In this document: positions 40,927 through 55,094 of the stretch, piece by piece
Numbering within the stretch: position 1 is the stretch's first letter
Layout: each line of letters begins with the position of its first letter
DNA from: Paraspadella gotoi
Taxonomy: Eukaryota > Animalia > Chaetognatha
Reading direction: 5' to 3'
Assembly: GCA_051294375.1 (NCBI GenBank)
Contig: CM119263.1
Coordinates: forward strand, 20,364,115 to 20,428,114
Length of the DNA: 64,000 nucleotides
Program-made: the position numbers and the translations under genes
The notes under the pieces: model-generated
The model's input: only the letters and a program-made list of their open reading frames with translations
What the model was told of the DNA's origin: nothing
Databases searched by the model: none

Positions 40927-43900
40927 AGCAGCTCTTTGTACCACGAGTCTGCGAATGTATCGTAATAACACTGCTATCATAACAAAACGAAACAAAGCTA
41001 AGGCCGATGGGGTGATAAAACTAAAACGAAAAATTTAAGAGAGAGAATGAGAGGGTAAAAATAGGGTAATTTCATTTAGTGACGACTATGATTTTAGTTA
41101 GAAAAGACTACTACAAACAAAACAAGCAGATTGTCAGATTGACATGGTGAATCGGGTCCTGGAAAGTTTTCGAAGCACCGGCAGATCTATTAATTTCAAT
41201 TATTGTTCTTATTTCTGTTGTGACCTTTGAAGTAGCAAATGATCCAAAAAACAAAATATTCCTATCCTTGTCATATTTCCAGTTTTGTTCCGTCTAATTG
41301 TGGATCTTATCAATAAAAATATACATGACACAGAGAATACTTCTTCTTGTATTGAATTATGAAAATTATTTGGCCCAGTAAGTATAAATAATTGTATTGC
41401 TTTAGAGTTATCGAATATGTTATGTGAAGACATAACGTTGAAGAATAACATCGATTTTTTTCGCTCTATTACTGCAAATGAATTATGGTTAAGCAATATT
41501 AAACGAAATATTTTGCTCTTTTTTTTTAAATATATATGTTAACCTCATAAATCGATGTTATTCTTCAACATTAAGTATAAATAGCAACCGCATTGAAAGA
41601 TTGTCAAAAACTAATAATTTTAAAATGATCAATTTGAAAATCTTTTCTGTGACATTTATCATTTTCAACATTACTCAAGAAATCGCCAAATTTTCTCAAC
41701 GAAACTTGTTCGTATTTCGATCGCGACCTCTCTCGAAAACTATCATCGCCGCTCGCCTTTTGTTTTCCCCGCACCATGGCTCTCTCCCCCTCTCATTTCT
41801 CCGCAACCCCCTTCTCGCTGATGCGCTGGGCACGCGAAAGACGTGACGAGAAATTGCCATCAATTCGAGAGCTGGTCGTCGCTTTCAGTCGCCATCGCGA
41901 ATTTCACGCGGAAAACCGCGCGGCAAATCCGCGACTTACCCTTCCGTCAGACGCGAATCGTCGTTGTCGGTGCCACGGATTCCACGGCCACGAAAAAATA
42001 ATGAAAGTAAAACGTTTTAACCCGCAACCAGTTTTTCTGAACCTTTGATACCAGTATATTAACCTCCCCGTCTTAGCGTATCGTGACATGTGACCCAAAA
42101 AAAAAAAAGAGATTAAACGACGAAACTATATCTAGTCACACTAAACTACGCTCACTAAGAAACAAAAACAAAATAACAAAGGGAGGAGAAAAGAAAAATA
42201 AAAAGCGAAACACAGCGGACTCCTTATCTTTCCCTGGAGTTCATTCCCTGTCCCCCTCTAGTGTGGTCCAAGGAGGAAACGCGAAGGTAAAAGGGGCTAC
42301 GATTCATTCCATCTCTTCTAATATACTGACTAGTGATTGAAAAAAGAGATACTTTTGGCTATTTGCATATTTAACGGGGGCATGGGTTTTCTCAGCACTT
42401 GCACCGAATCTACTAATTACTTATTTTCACGTATACTTTCACTCTTTCATGTCTGGTTCTCTACTTTTTTTTTAACTCGACTGTCTTGGCAAATCATTTC
42501 GTCCCCCTTTTCCGCAAAACGAACGAAAAACTTAAAATAAAAAAAATAAATAAACCGCACGTGCTGTCACTTCCTTCCTTCTTGTTTGGGGGCGCTATCT
42601 TTTTTTTTTTTTTTTTTTTTTGCACTTGGCAACGTTTCACAATTTCGCGACGTTTGGCCCGCACACTTCTCGGCATGTCATGCTTACATGTCATGCGCAC
42701 CACTCGACGTGTCATGCTACGTTTGTCATTTCCGATTATTTATCTCTGCATAATTTAAAACATAACAGACTTACGATAGTCGTGAACGGTTCTCCATCGA
42801 TTGGAAGAAAGCTCCTATTTTGTTGAGGGGGAAATGATTTTGTACCGTTAAATTTTTTTGAAAAACAGAAAGTAGATACATTGGCCTCTTTTTTTGCAAA
42901 AAAAAAAAAGAAATCTTCAAAATGCCTCATGACACTACAGCTACCACCCTAATGGTAGGTCACGCTTTATTTCTTTATTTTTTTTCTATCCTTTTTCATT
43001 AAAACTTTTTTTCGCTTTTGAATTACAACAGTTACCATTAGAAAAAAATTAGCTGTATATGTAGTTGAATTAATATGTTTCCCGCTTAGTAAATAAATCC
43101 CTTCGATTTTTTCTCACTAATATAAACCTTGTTAATCTCACATTTTGTCTTCCAAATTATAAGCGAACGGTTGCTTGCGACTCGAATAAAAAAACTGTAA
43201 CAATAATAGCCTTTCAAGATTAAGGATTTGTATATTTCATAATCAATTATAGCTTTTTACATTCAGCGTAGAAAAAGGGTCATTCGAGATCAACGCAAGT
43301 CTCCATGGATGTTGTGTCGTTTAATCAAGAGGCGACCCTTTTTAGTCCTCGTCTTTAAAAATCGATTTTCCTTCGTCAAAATTTATCTTTTCTTTCTCAT
43401 CTAAATTTAGTTTTTCCCAAGTCATCCCTTTTTCCCAGCTCGTTTTTCAACCGACGCATGAGCCTTAGTACATATAATATATATTTAAATTTTTCTGTTT
43501 TCCATTCAAGATATGATATTCATGATACTAAAAAAAAAACAGGATTTCGCCGATATAAAAATAAAAATATAACTTATAAAAATAGTTGATCTAAATATTG
43601 GACACGGCCCTCGTGGCGTAAAAGCAATTATAGGGTTAAAAAATGACTTTTCGATCCAGCTTTCCTTCTTGGCCTGATTATAACGTAGAAGCGTAACAAT
43701 TCCGAACGGTCATGAGCGTTACTTGGAGAGTCAAATTATAGTCTTTTTTGCGAGAAAGTTAATCCAGCGTGACGCCTACGTCATTACCGACCGAGGACGA
43801 ATCGTCTTAACGCCACCGCGTCTCATGTCTGCCACCTAAGACAGCTTTGAGAGTTAGGTAGTCCCTCGTAGGACCAATGCCTGTCAAGTCAAGTCTGATG

Positions 43901-44606
43901 GCACGTGACGAAACAAGAAGAATAAGAAAAATGACGAAAATAACTAAAAAAAGCCTACGAAAGACGAAATTGATTTTTTTTTTTTAATTTTAAAGAGAGA
44001 GACAGAGAGACCGAGGAAGGGACAAGGCCAACAACTACCTAACAAACAGGTTGCTCGTCTCTTTTGCTTTAAATTTCAGAAAGTTTATTGCTTTTTCAAA
44101 GTTATCGGTTAAAATATTTTTTATCCTTTTGACATGTAATTAAAATCTACATTTTTTAAATTCCTAGTATAATAGCATGTTTATTTTTCATATTCTTTGC
44201 CGCTGTGAATGTAGTACATACTTTATATGCATCGCGTTGTACCGAGAAACCGTTTAAATTCTCTCTCAGCTTCGTTCGCGTTACTATTTATAAAACCCGA
44301 TGTCGTTTTAAATTTTTAATCTTTTCCCCGACCTCAACTTTTTTTCAATCGTTAAATTTCAACTTGTCTGAGAAACTTCCGAGACTCATTAGACGTCTCC
44401 TTTATATTTTCCTTACCGCTCCTTTTACGTTTTTTTTCGCCACTACTCTTTACGCCTCTCGTTACCTTTACCCCGTCGCCAATTCTCAACCCTCACCGAT
44501 CCAATCCTATCACCCCCCCCAAACCCGCGCACCCACCTACCTCCCCCCGCCACTCCACCGCCTCGAGCAGCTGCAGAAGGGCGACTCGACCTCCCTGCGG
44601 GCGGGG

Positions 44607-47600
44607 ATGCCGTCCGAGCAGAGCAACGACTACCGCGTGGTGGTGTTCGGTGCTGGCGGCGTCGGCAAGACCTCGTTGGTCCTGCGCTTCGTGCGCGGGA
44701 CCTTCAAGGACGCCTACGTCCCGACCATCGAGGACACTTACCGACAAGTCATCAACTGCAACAAAGCAGTCTGCACGCTGCAGGTGAGTGAGTGGGCGGG
44801 AGAAGATATGATGAGGTGAGGTAAGGTCGTTTGAACGCTGTTGGGGAGAAAAGCTGGTAAATTGTTCGCCTTAAGGCTACATATAACTAGCAGAGGCGTG
44901 GAGAATGGGTCAGATGGCCGTTTGCACGCCAGCTTGGCTTTGTTGGTCAGGAACGTTGGTACATGTTCCGGCACATTATTTGAATTGTTTCGCTGATTTA
45001 TTTATAATTTGTGGCATTTTTAGTCGGATCTGCTTTCAGCAGATCCCGACTCCCTCAATATTGTCGGGCAATCACTTACATTATGTCAGAACATCGAATT
45101 ATGATAAATTATGCAAAAAAAATGATGTCCGTCCGTCTGTCTGTCCGTCCGTCCGTCCGTCCGTCCGTCCGTCCGTCCGTCCGTCCGTCCATCCGTCCGT
45201 CCGTCCGTCCGTCCCACCTTAGCAAAATACTACAATAACTCGTGATTGGGTGGTTGGATTGAAATGAAATTTTTTTGTGTGGGTAGGAAAGTGTGTGATG
45301 AAGCTGGATATAAAGTTTCGATGGAATCGTGCGAGTGGTAATGAGTTCAAATGGAAAAAACATAAGTCGCATTTACTAAAATCTTTTTACTTATTTTAAT
45401 CAATAATTACTCTAATTAATCATAAGTGGATGGATAGATTGAGTTGAAGTTTTGTGTGCGGGTAGGAAAGTTTGTGATGAAGCTTGATATAAAGTTTCGG
45501 TGGAAACGTGCTAGTGGAAATGAGTTTAAATGAAAAAAATATGAGTCACATTTACTTGAATCTTTTTACTTATTTTAACCCATAATTACTCGAATTAATC
45601 ATAATTGAATTAATAGATTGAGATGAAATTTTGTGTGTGGGTAGGAAAGTGTGTGAAGAAACTAGATATAAAGTTTTGATGGAATCGTGCCAGTGGAAAT
45701 GAGTTTAAATGGAAAAAACATAAGTCACATTTACTTGAATCTTTATTATTTATGATTACTAATAAATGTTTTAATAAATTTATTAATTAATGTAAAAAAA
45801 TGATGCAATTTAAAAAAATTATGTAAGTTTAAAAAATTATTCAAGTTAAAAAAAATGATGCAAGTTAAAAAAAATGATGAAAGTTAAAAAAATGATGCAA
45901 GTTGAAAAAATGATGCGAATTGTAAAAATGATTCAAATTGAAAAAATGATATGAGTTGAAAAAATGATGTGAGTGGAAAAAAGTATTGCGAGTTGAAAAA
46001 ATGATGCGAGTTATTTAAAAAAATATTGTGATTTTTCATCTGATTAGCTGATTACCGCTTAATTATCGTATTAAAAAGTTGACTGAAATAAAATATTCAA
46101 CTGAGTGTTTATCAAAAGTTATAATCATAAATAATACATTAACGTGATGGGCAAACGGACTTGACAAATGACAACGCCGTCATCCAAACGGACTTGACAA
46201 ATGACAACGCTGTCATCCAAGCGGCTGAGTCGTTAAAAAAAAGTCGGCTAGAAAATAGAACTGACGTCGAAGGCGACAATGCTAAAGCCGCTTCGTCGTT
46301 CCATCATTGTTAATCGCCGATGGGCGGGATAAACCGATAAAGAAATCGAATTTAATTGTTTTCGCTCTGAATTAAATTGCTTTATTGTCGCATTAAACGA
46401 TATTAAGGCGCGAGTCTCATTTGCTTTTTTTTATGTATTATATAAGGAGAAAATTTTGTTTATAATTTTATGCTAGAATTAAATGTGACAGTTTTTCATT
46501 AATATTAGTTTTAGTTATTAATTTAGAGAGATTATACGATGATAAAATTAAAAAGGGGGATTATGCAGTCTCGCTCATTGTTCATCAATCTCTGGCACTT
46601 CGCCCTTCCCCCCCATCATCTCCTCAGATCACGGACACGACGGGTTCCCACCAATTCCCGGCGATGCAACGCCTCAGTATCAACAAAGGCCACGCCTTCA
46701 TTCTCGTCTTCGACGTGACCAAGCGAAAGTCTGTCGAGGAGCTGAAGCCCATCTTCACCAGCATCATCGACATCAAGGGCGAGGAATTGCCTCAGATCCC
46801 CATCATGCTCGTGGGGAACAAATGCGACATGGCGGAGAGACAGGTGGGGAAAACAGGGTTGTGGTGGGGAGAAGGGGTTGGTGGAAAAATAGATATGCTT
46901 TTGCACAGGGTCGGAGAAAATGAAAAGAGAAATAGTCAAAATATCGAAAGCTTCAAGTGAAAAATTGTGACAATTATATTCCAATACTTATTTTTTTAAG
47001 GTCTGATGTAAAAATCATCTGCAATATTCATCAAAAGTCTTTAAAAATTTAATTTCTCGATCGTCAAAAACTCTTTGCAGAATTCGAGTTGATTGGGCTA
47101 ACACTTTAAACCCATGCTGAATTCGAAAGCAAGAAAAAAATTTAATACAGAAATAATTTCAGAAAAAGAAAGAAAAAAAGGAATTAAAAGATAAAGCAAA
47201 CCACGAAAGAGTAAAACTCAAAAGCCTCGGTATTTTTGGTAAAGCTCATCATAAAAATGCTGTTACAGGCTCGATTTTTGCAGGTTTTTCTCACTTTATC
47301 TTCCATTTTATATTTTTTTACTTAAATTTTTTGTATCAAACGAATAATTTCGCGCAGAGGCAGCCTACAAATTGACCGTGCGGTCTAATCAATCACCCAA
47401 ACAAAAACCACCAGACATCCACTTTGACAGAAAGCGGGAAATAAACGGCCCGGCCTTTCGGTTTACCAAGTCTCAGATTTTAATTCATTTGAATGCCCTC
47501 CCTATTTTTCTCCATCTCCCGCTTCACAGTTACTTTTAAACACTCTTCCCTCAAGACTTTCTTACAAATATTTGCAATGTTAAGAAGCTACGTTATTGTT

Positions 47601-47862
47601 TATTTTTGGTTTGTTTATCCCAACTACTTCCGAAACCCTTCCTCCCATAAAGGTAACCGCGGACGAGGCTGAGCGTGTGGCCAAGATCTGGAAGACAGGC
47701 TACATGGAGACTTCGGCCAAGACGAATTACAACGTGAAGGAAATGTTCGCCGAGTTGTTGCAGATGGAGAAGCGACGCAACATGACTCTTAATCTCGATC
47801 CCAAAAAGTCGAAGAGCCAACGGCGGCGCGAGCGCTTGAAGGCCAAGTGTTCGCTCATGTGA
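44607..47862 (+). CDS. DIRAS: Di-Ras family small GTPase, 3 coding exons, 200 aa
   Basis: Exons 44607-44783, 46628-46843, 47653-47862 (all phase 0). [31 protein letters not shown], the Di-Ras-specific [26 protein letters not shown], and a C-terminal polybasic stretch plus CAAX (CSLM). Confidence 0.95.
45081..46310. mobile_element. Probable Helentron-associated (HINE/DINE-1-like) non-autonomous element in DIRAS intron 1
   Basis: A (GTCC/GTCT)n microsatellite at ~45127-45213 is followed by ~2.8 tandem copies of a 179-bp unit (anchor gtaggaaag at 45283, 45462, 45641), a ~20-bp aaaaaatgatgcaagtt array (~45795-46020) and a 33-bp duplication (46152-46220). Boundaries are approximate. Confidence 0.5.
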
Positions 47863-48394
47863 AGAAATCCTCTACTGTGTCTCTATCTTTCTTTTCAACC
47901 GTCTCCAATGATGGCAAACGCGCGTGCGCTGTAACATCAAAACGTTTTTTACAGCTGAGATTTAACAAAACGAGATTTTAGTACCTTCATTTTAATTAGT
48001 AATTATTATATTTTTGGTTTTAATTTTTAACGTTTAACACGTCCAGTTGGTAAAAATGTTTTATGGCCAAACCGAATTGGTTGTACCAATTTCATAGTTT
48101 TTTTCAAATAGAGTGGCGACAGCAAAAAACGAAGATCTCATTTTTAAATATATCTTACTTTTATTATTTATATGATTAATATTATTATTTACTAGGACTT
48201 ATCATTTCTTAGAATCATTTCTATTATTAATTCCATTATGTTCAACTGGTATTTTTCTTATTGTCAAATTGCTCTATGTAAAATTAGAAGGATAACTTTG
48301 GCATCATTAGACAAAAGTACCCAAAAAAATCGACAAATTTAGATTCAGTGACGGGAGGTTTTTGATTTAGAATGTAATTCAAAATTCCGCTCTT

Positions 48395-48427
<33 letters not shown>

Positions 48428-49591
48428 TTCTCTTTCTCTTTCTCTCTTTATCTTTCTCTCTCTCTTTCTCTTTCTCTTTCCGCTCTTTCTCTTTCTCACC
48501 CCTTGGGTCCCTTGGTCCGAAAGAATAAAACTGAGCCGAGATTTGGCGAATTAATTTTCTTTGCAGCTGTTACAGCCATTACGGTATTTATGTACATTTT
48601 CCAAGTTTCCTTTTCAACACCATCCGTAATTTTACTAGAAAGCAGAAAAACGGCTTTTTGTACGTAAAAATATTGTGTTTCATTTCGCCAGTTTTATTTT
48701 TATTTTTTTACGAATATTTAATTGGTCCTGGTTGGTGCCTTAAAGTGCAATTTCAGTTTTTCCGACGAAATGTCATGATTGAGCTTACAGTCGATGCGTC
48801 ACATCGTCTCATCATCAATGTAAATAAAGTCTCTTCAAAATTTTATACTGCTAAAATTTGTTTCGAATTCTTTATATACATTTGTTTACGATTATTGTTC
48901 AAAATTATTAGGGTAATATTAAACATTATTATCGAGGCTTTTACGGGAAAAAAAATCCTGCATTCTTCCCTTATGTTTGTTACGAGTTACAAAACATTCT
49001 CTCTGTCTCGCGCGTGTTTAGAGTTTGTGTGAAAAAAAGCACAAACTAAAAAGCATTCCCCATCAAGTTTCTTTATGAGAATAAGAAAAATGGAAAGCAT
49101 TTCCTGTATCTCGCATTTCAATAAAAACAAAAATAATCCGAGCGACGTTGCAATTCGTTTTTCTTGTGGTTTCAACCGGCCAAAGTTTCTACTGAACGAT
49201 TTTAATCCAACACCACATTTATCCGGTATTTCTCAATACATTTTAATTATTTAACGCCTTGAACGACAATTAACCTTAAATGATATTATGGGATATATTA
49301 AGACAGGATTTACGAGTGCCGAGAGAAAGGCCGTCAAAAATTTATTAATAGAAAATTATTTAATTAATTTATTTATTAATAGAATTGTCAAAATCACGTA
49401 CTGATAAAATCCAAGCTAGATTCAAATCTTTCTGCTCGGTAAAATGCAAACTTTTCCCGATATATCGAAATATATGTTATTCAAAGAATTTAAGTCACCT
49501 TCTTTCAAAATATACGCGTTGTATTTGATACTTTTCCGATTTAAAGGGCAAAAGCTTGTGACGCACACCAGTCAGCAACGATTTTCTCATT

Positions 49592-49640
<49 letters not shown>

Positions 49641-52236
49641 CCCCCTCATGTTTATGTTTATCGAATAATCTAATCCACATATTATAGCCTCCCGAGTTCT
49701 TTCATTATCATTCACGCTCACGAAAACTTTCGGGAAAACATGTCAAGTGTGCATCTTTTTTTTTATTTTTTGTTAATTAATTTCTCGAATCGTTCGTTGT
49801 AAAAAAAAAATTAATGCAAGCCGTGACCGAGATTTTCCGTTGTTTCCCTGATTTGTACGGACAATTTTATATTATATAAATTTTGTCATATAACATACAT
49901 ATTAAAACCTGACTTAAAACGATTCGCCTTCTTTATTCCTTTTTTCGATCGGCATTCTCCGATCGCCCTCGACAACTTTTTTTCGTGCAAACAGTCAAGA
50001 GAGAGAGAGAAAAAAAATGCAGCGTTTTCTCGATGCTTCTGCCGCCGCCCTTGCCGTTGATGCTGCGTCGTCGCTGAAGCGTCAAACTGCTGTTGCTTCC
50101 CGTGTAAAATCTTTTTCTCGCTCGCGATTTCGGGAGGGTAAAAAAAAACCGCAATGTACCGGGTCTGAGAGAATTCGAAGTAGGACCAAGTTAACGATCG
50201 ATATTAATGGACCAATGAGGATCGCGCTCGGTCGATGGTCGAGTGAGTGATGTGTTAGTTTAGCCAATAAAGACAGAGGGTAAAGGGAAGATCGAAATGG
50301 TTCAAATACGAACTTTTTTTTATCGAGAAGCCGGTTTCAGAGAAGTCGACGGAGCGATTGAAGGAATGTTGTCTAGGAGAATGCGTCGCCGGCGAACCGA
50401 TCTGAACGGTTGCTCGTAGGAGTGTCGTGTTGTGCGAACTGGTGATTTGGTCTGTCCTTTCCATAATTTAAAGTTTTAAAAAATAGTTGGTTTGAACTAT
50501 CTTAAATGCTCTCTTTGAGAATGACCCTTCAAAAAAACACGATGTATTATTACGTTTCTTTTGGTTTGTTGTACATTGTCTTTTTTTTTAAACAAATAAA
50601 CATTATTGTTCATTATTAGTAAAAAATAAAGCGTGACGACCATTTTTTTTTAAATTATGGCCAACCCAGAAAAATTTATGGTTTCTTGAAAACGAGGGAG
50701 ATTTCACCTCAATGGTCGAGGGCAGAGTCGCTTTTTGCAATAATAGAAAAGTGCAATCGTAAAAAGCTTTCGTGTCGAAGCGTTAAGTCGAAATTGTTTT
50801 GGACAAGTTGCGATGTAGATGGATATGAGGGTTTTTTTGTAGAAAGTCTTAGCTTTTAAAATAACAACGATGGTTTAGGGAATAGTATGGAGGGTATTTT
50901 TTTTAATTGTATATTGTAATGTCGCTTAATTTTTTTGTTAAATAAGTTATTGTTGATCTTCACAGACACAGAATATTCCAGATTAGTGTTTGAAGAAGAT
51001 TACGCATACATAGGATATTGAACTTGGAGAGGATGGGGAAAAACGGAATGAATACCGAGTAGTGAGTAGTGTGTAGGCTTTCAGAGAAATGCTTCTGTAT
51101 TTTTATAAAAGCGCTATTGATGCTCCCACAAAAACACTTTCTTTATTTCTTTATTTGTTATTTCGTATCTTTTTTTTTTTTAATCATACTTCCATCGTTT
51201 TTTTTCCTTTAACCAAACGCCTCTCGTTCTCTCTACTCTCATCCTCTCCCTCTCTTCTCTTCTCGTCTCTCTCTCCTCATCTGATGAAATACTATTTTTT
51301 TTCTGTTGTTGAGGATCCGATGAATTTGAATTCAGTGTGGTGTGGACGGTGGTTGTTTCGCATCGTCGACTTTCAGGTGTGAGAAGAGGTAAAGGTGAGT
51401 GAGGGGAGAGGGCAGAGATAAATGGCGTTTCGCTGGGTTTGAGGGTAGAGCGAGAGAGTAAGCAGGGTGGTGAATTTAGCAAGAGACGATTTTAACTATC
51501 GCGACTCGGGAAATAACTTTTATTAAAACTATTTAAACTCAAAGCTAACGTCCGGCGAAACGCCCTCGAGCAACGAAAAAGTCAGTTCCTAAGTTATCCC
51601 GGCGCCGAATCGAACCGCTTGAACTTTAACCTCAAACGGAAGAACCGCCATCGTTCGGATGGGTGGAGAACTGTCAGCAGCGATTAAGCAAAGGAGTGAA
51701 ACCATTTTAACTGCCAGTGGCGACAATTTCGAAAGAATTATTTGGGTTGTTGTGAATATCGGGTTTGCGAAAAGGTTTGTGAAGTAAAAATGTTGCTACA
51801 AGATGGTGTTTTCAGTGACAAGATTTTTAGTGCGCAAGAAAGACAGTTAAACATATTATTAGCAATATTTATATTAGGCGTCAAATTCAGAGGCGTGGAG
51901 AGATTGAAACGAAGATTAAAGGGAGTGGCAAATTTCGGCGAGTTTCAAGGAAGAGGCATTCAACAGAAAATTGTGCGAAATGTGATTCACACCAGATCTA
52001 TTTCATTATCATGTGTAAGATGATACACAAAATATATTTAAGGTCACAAACCACCTATCAATAGTTTGCAAAGCGTATAAAATCAATAGGACAAAAAAAA
52101 ACTTGAAAAGACTAAATAACGTCACAAAAATTTGTCAAAACAGTAAAGACAAACATCAAGGTTTACAGTCGAAAAAATAAGTCGGTTAAAGTTTAATTTC
52201 TCCGACCGGATCGACCGGTGATTTTTCGAAACGACG

Positions 52237-52280
<44 letters not shown>

Positions 52281-52331
52281 TTCTCTCTCTTTCTCTTCTT
52301 CTCTCCCACACACTTTCCCGGTTGACCAAAA

Positions 52332-52366
52332 GTCACGTGATCGGGATCCACGTGGCCTCACGTGAC
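52332..52366. promoter_or_regulatory. Cluster of three CACGTG E-boxes
   Basis: gtCACGTGat (52334), cCACGTGg (52349), tCACGTGac (52359). Confidence 0.4.
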
Positions 52367-53796
52367 CTCGTCGGCAGTCGAGGCTCGATGATCGATCGTG
52401 TACTGGAGGAGGAGGGAGATCGATGGGGATTGGGGACTCATGGTGCGAAGGATTCATGGGGCTAAAGAGTAAAGTCCAATCAAAAAACGGGGGAAAGAGG
52501 ATCCCGAGTAAACGACGAGGGTGAGGTAAAGAGGATTGGCGGGAATTTTTATGGTAATTTTGGATGGAAGCTGCGCGTGCGCAGCCGGACGAAAATTCCT
52601 TCATTTTTTATATTTCTTTATTTCCTTTCGCTGCTTTCCAATTATCTCAAGTCATCTCTAACTCTCTCCTGATCCTCGGACTGATAATCCGACCGATCCC
52701 TAATACCGATTCCCTAATTACGACTTTTTCCCTTTTTCTTTTTCTTGACTATTCTTTTTTGAAAGGCCCTTTCATTGATATTTTTCCCGGAAATAAGAAC
52801 GGGACCGAGGTATTTTTGTGTTTATCCCTTTTAGGTGTTAAGAGTTTATTTTATTTGAAAAAAAAGAAAGATGATATCTGTTAAGTCCTTCTCTGATACA
52901 ATCGAAAGTGAGGAGGTATTACTTTAATTTATAACTGAAGATAACTTTTTTAGAAAGCACATTTGCCTTAAATTAAAACTCCCTTTTCAATCTCGACGCT
53001 TCCGATCTCAATGATCTTTTACTGAAAACTCAACTTCTTAATCAAAAACAACTCGAGCTGTTGTACGGTCAAAATTCATTTATATATCACGTCTAACGTT
53101 TGTTTACAGGAAAGTTTAATATTCATTTTAATAACAAATTTTACAGTTGCCGGTATTCGACTGATTTGCAGCTAACTTTTTTTTTCATTTTTTGACTGCC
53201 AAATTTCCTGGATTGACGTCCAGTTAAAGTTAATGTAAATTTGATAATTTATGATCTTCGTCGTCGATTTTTGTCCGTCAATCCCCGTTGCGATCATCAT
53301 TATCATCATTATCATCTTCATTGTCATCATCGTCATGAACGTTATCGCCATCTTAGTAAATATTAGGCAAGATTTTGACGGCTACTGAGCGAAAAACAGT
53401 AGAAGAATTAATCAATTGACACTTTTTTCTGATTTTTTTTCCGGGGTATAGAAAGTTTTTGATACTTAAATACCTCAAATATTCCAATTTTTTGTTAGAT
53501 CGTTGAGCTAATTGAAGAATAGGAATGTAACGAGAGAACAATGTATAATTTAAGAAATTGATGGAATTGCATGGCTTCTTTCTGAACCCCTAGGCACTGG
53601 TTTAAAGTTTTTGGATGCGGGTCCTAGCATTTCTTATTTCCTACTTAATTTTATACATGAAGTCGCGTTTGAGAGGAATTTACCAAGGACAATTCTAGAT
53701 TTAATTTTTTTTTAAAGAAATATTATTCTTTTTTAGTATAGTAGATCCCAATGAATATTCTCAGCCGGTTGAGGATCACCATTTCTTGTTTATTAT

Positions 53797-54110
53797 TATT
53801 GGTGATTAACATCGTTTTATGAGGAAAACGCATATTATTTTTATTTGAGCAATATATTTCGGTTAACATTAACCATAGTTCATTTGCGAAGTAAATGCAA
53901 GAAAAACAGTCACAAAAAAGTAAAAAAATATTTTGGTTAAAAGAGAGAGAGAGAATAAGAGTGAAAAGAAACATGAGGTCAAAGTTAAGGACAAAAGCTC
54001 AAGAGAAAGAAAGAGAACTATGAACTATGGTTAAGCAATGTTAACCGAAACATATTGCTCAAATAAAAATAATATGCGTTTTCCTCATAAAACGATGTTA
54101 ATCACCAATA
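53797..54110. mobile_element. MITE-like inverted repeat, ~87-bp arms
   Basis: 53797-53883 is nearly the reverse complement of 54020-54110 (one substitution, one small indel); TA at both ends. Confidence 0.7.
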
Positions 54111-54699
54111 TTATGTACTCATACCGCATATACGATGACTCTCAAGCAATTGTTTATTATTCTAACTCTAAATCTTAGATCTATCTAAAATCCTTAATAA
54201 AATATACTGCGTTATTGTAAGACTATAAGAAAAGGGCTTCGCAAAAGGCAAATCGTGCAATTCGTAGATTTGGCTAAATTTTATTTATCTTATATTCTGC
54301 CACTTTTCGGGCAAAAGTCTCGTCTCGCGTTTTGTAAATGCTCAATCTGGGCCAGTAAGACCCCACGAGACGCGAGATGGGGTATAGATAGATCGAGCTT
54401 CGTTGGTTCTACACGATTGCAACGCGTTATGGATGAAGTCAACGGGCGCGAACGGTCGAACAGCGGAGGAAAGGTCGAAGATACTAATCGATAATACTTA
54501 GGGTCATTCATTATTAAAACTATATCTTTTTTTTTTCTTTTTAAAAACATTCACTTTTACTTTTACACTCAGTTGATATTCAACTGACATTCAATGCTTA
54601 GGTCGCTCGTCACCAATGCAGCAACATTCAGTGTCGCTTCCGCAAAACTCGCCTAGTCATCCCTAATTTCAACTACCTGCGCCGTGCTATTCCTCCTTA

Positions 54700-54822
<123 letters not shown>

Positions 54823-55094
54823 TCTCACCCACTCTCTCGATCGATCCTCCCCCCTTTCGACTCACTCCCGCGCATCGTCGTCGCTGTCGCCGTCGCCGTC
54901 GTCGTAGTCGGCGTCGTGGGCGTCGATGTCGTCGCCGTCGTCGTCATCGCCGAGCCTCTCAAAACCCCGCGCGCCGTCGACGAAGCTTTAGAGCAACTCC
55001 AACCGCTTCCCGAGTCTTCAGTACGGAAGCTCCTCTCTCAACGAGCATCAGCCTTTGAATCCTTCAGGAAAACTTTACAACAAATTAAATAAAA

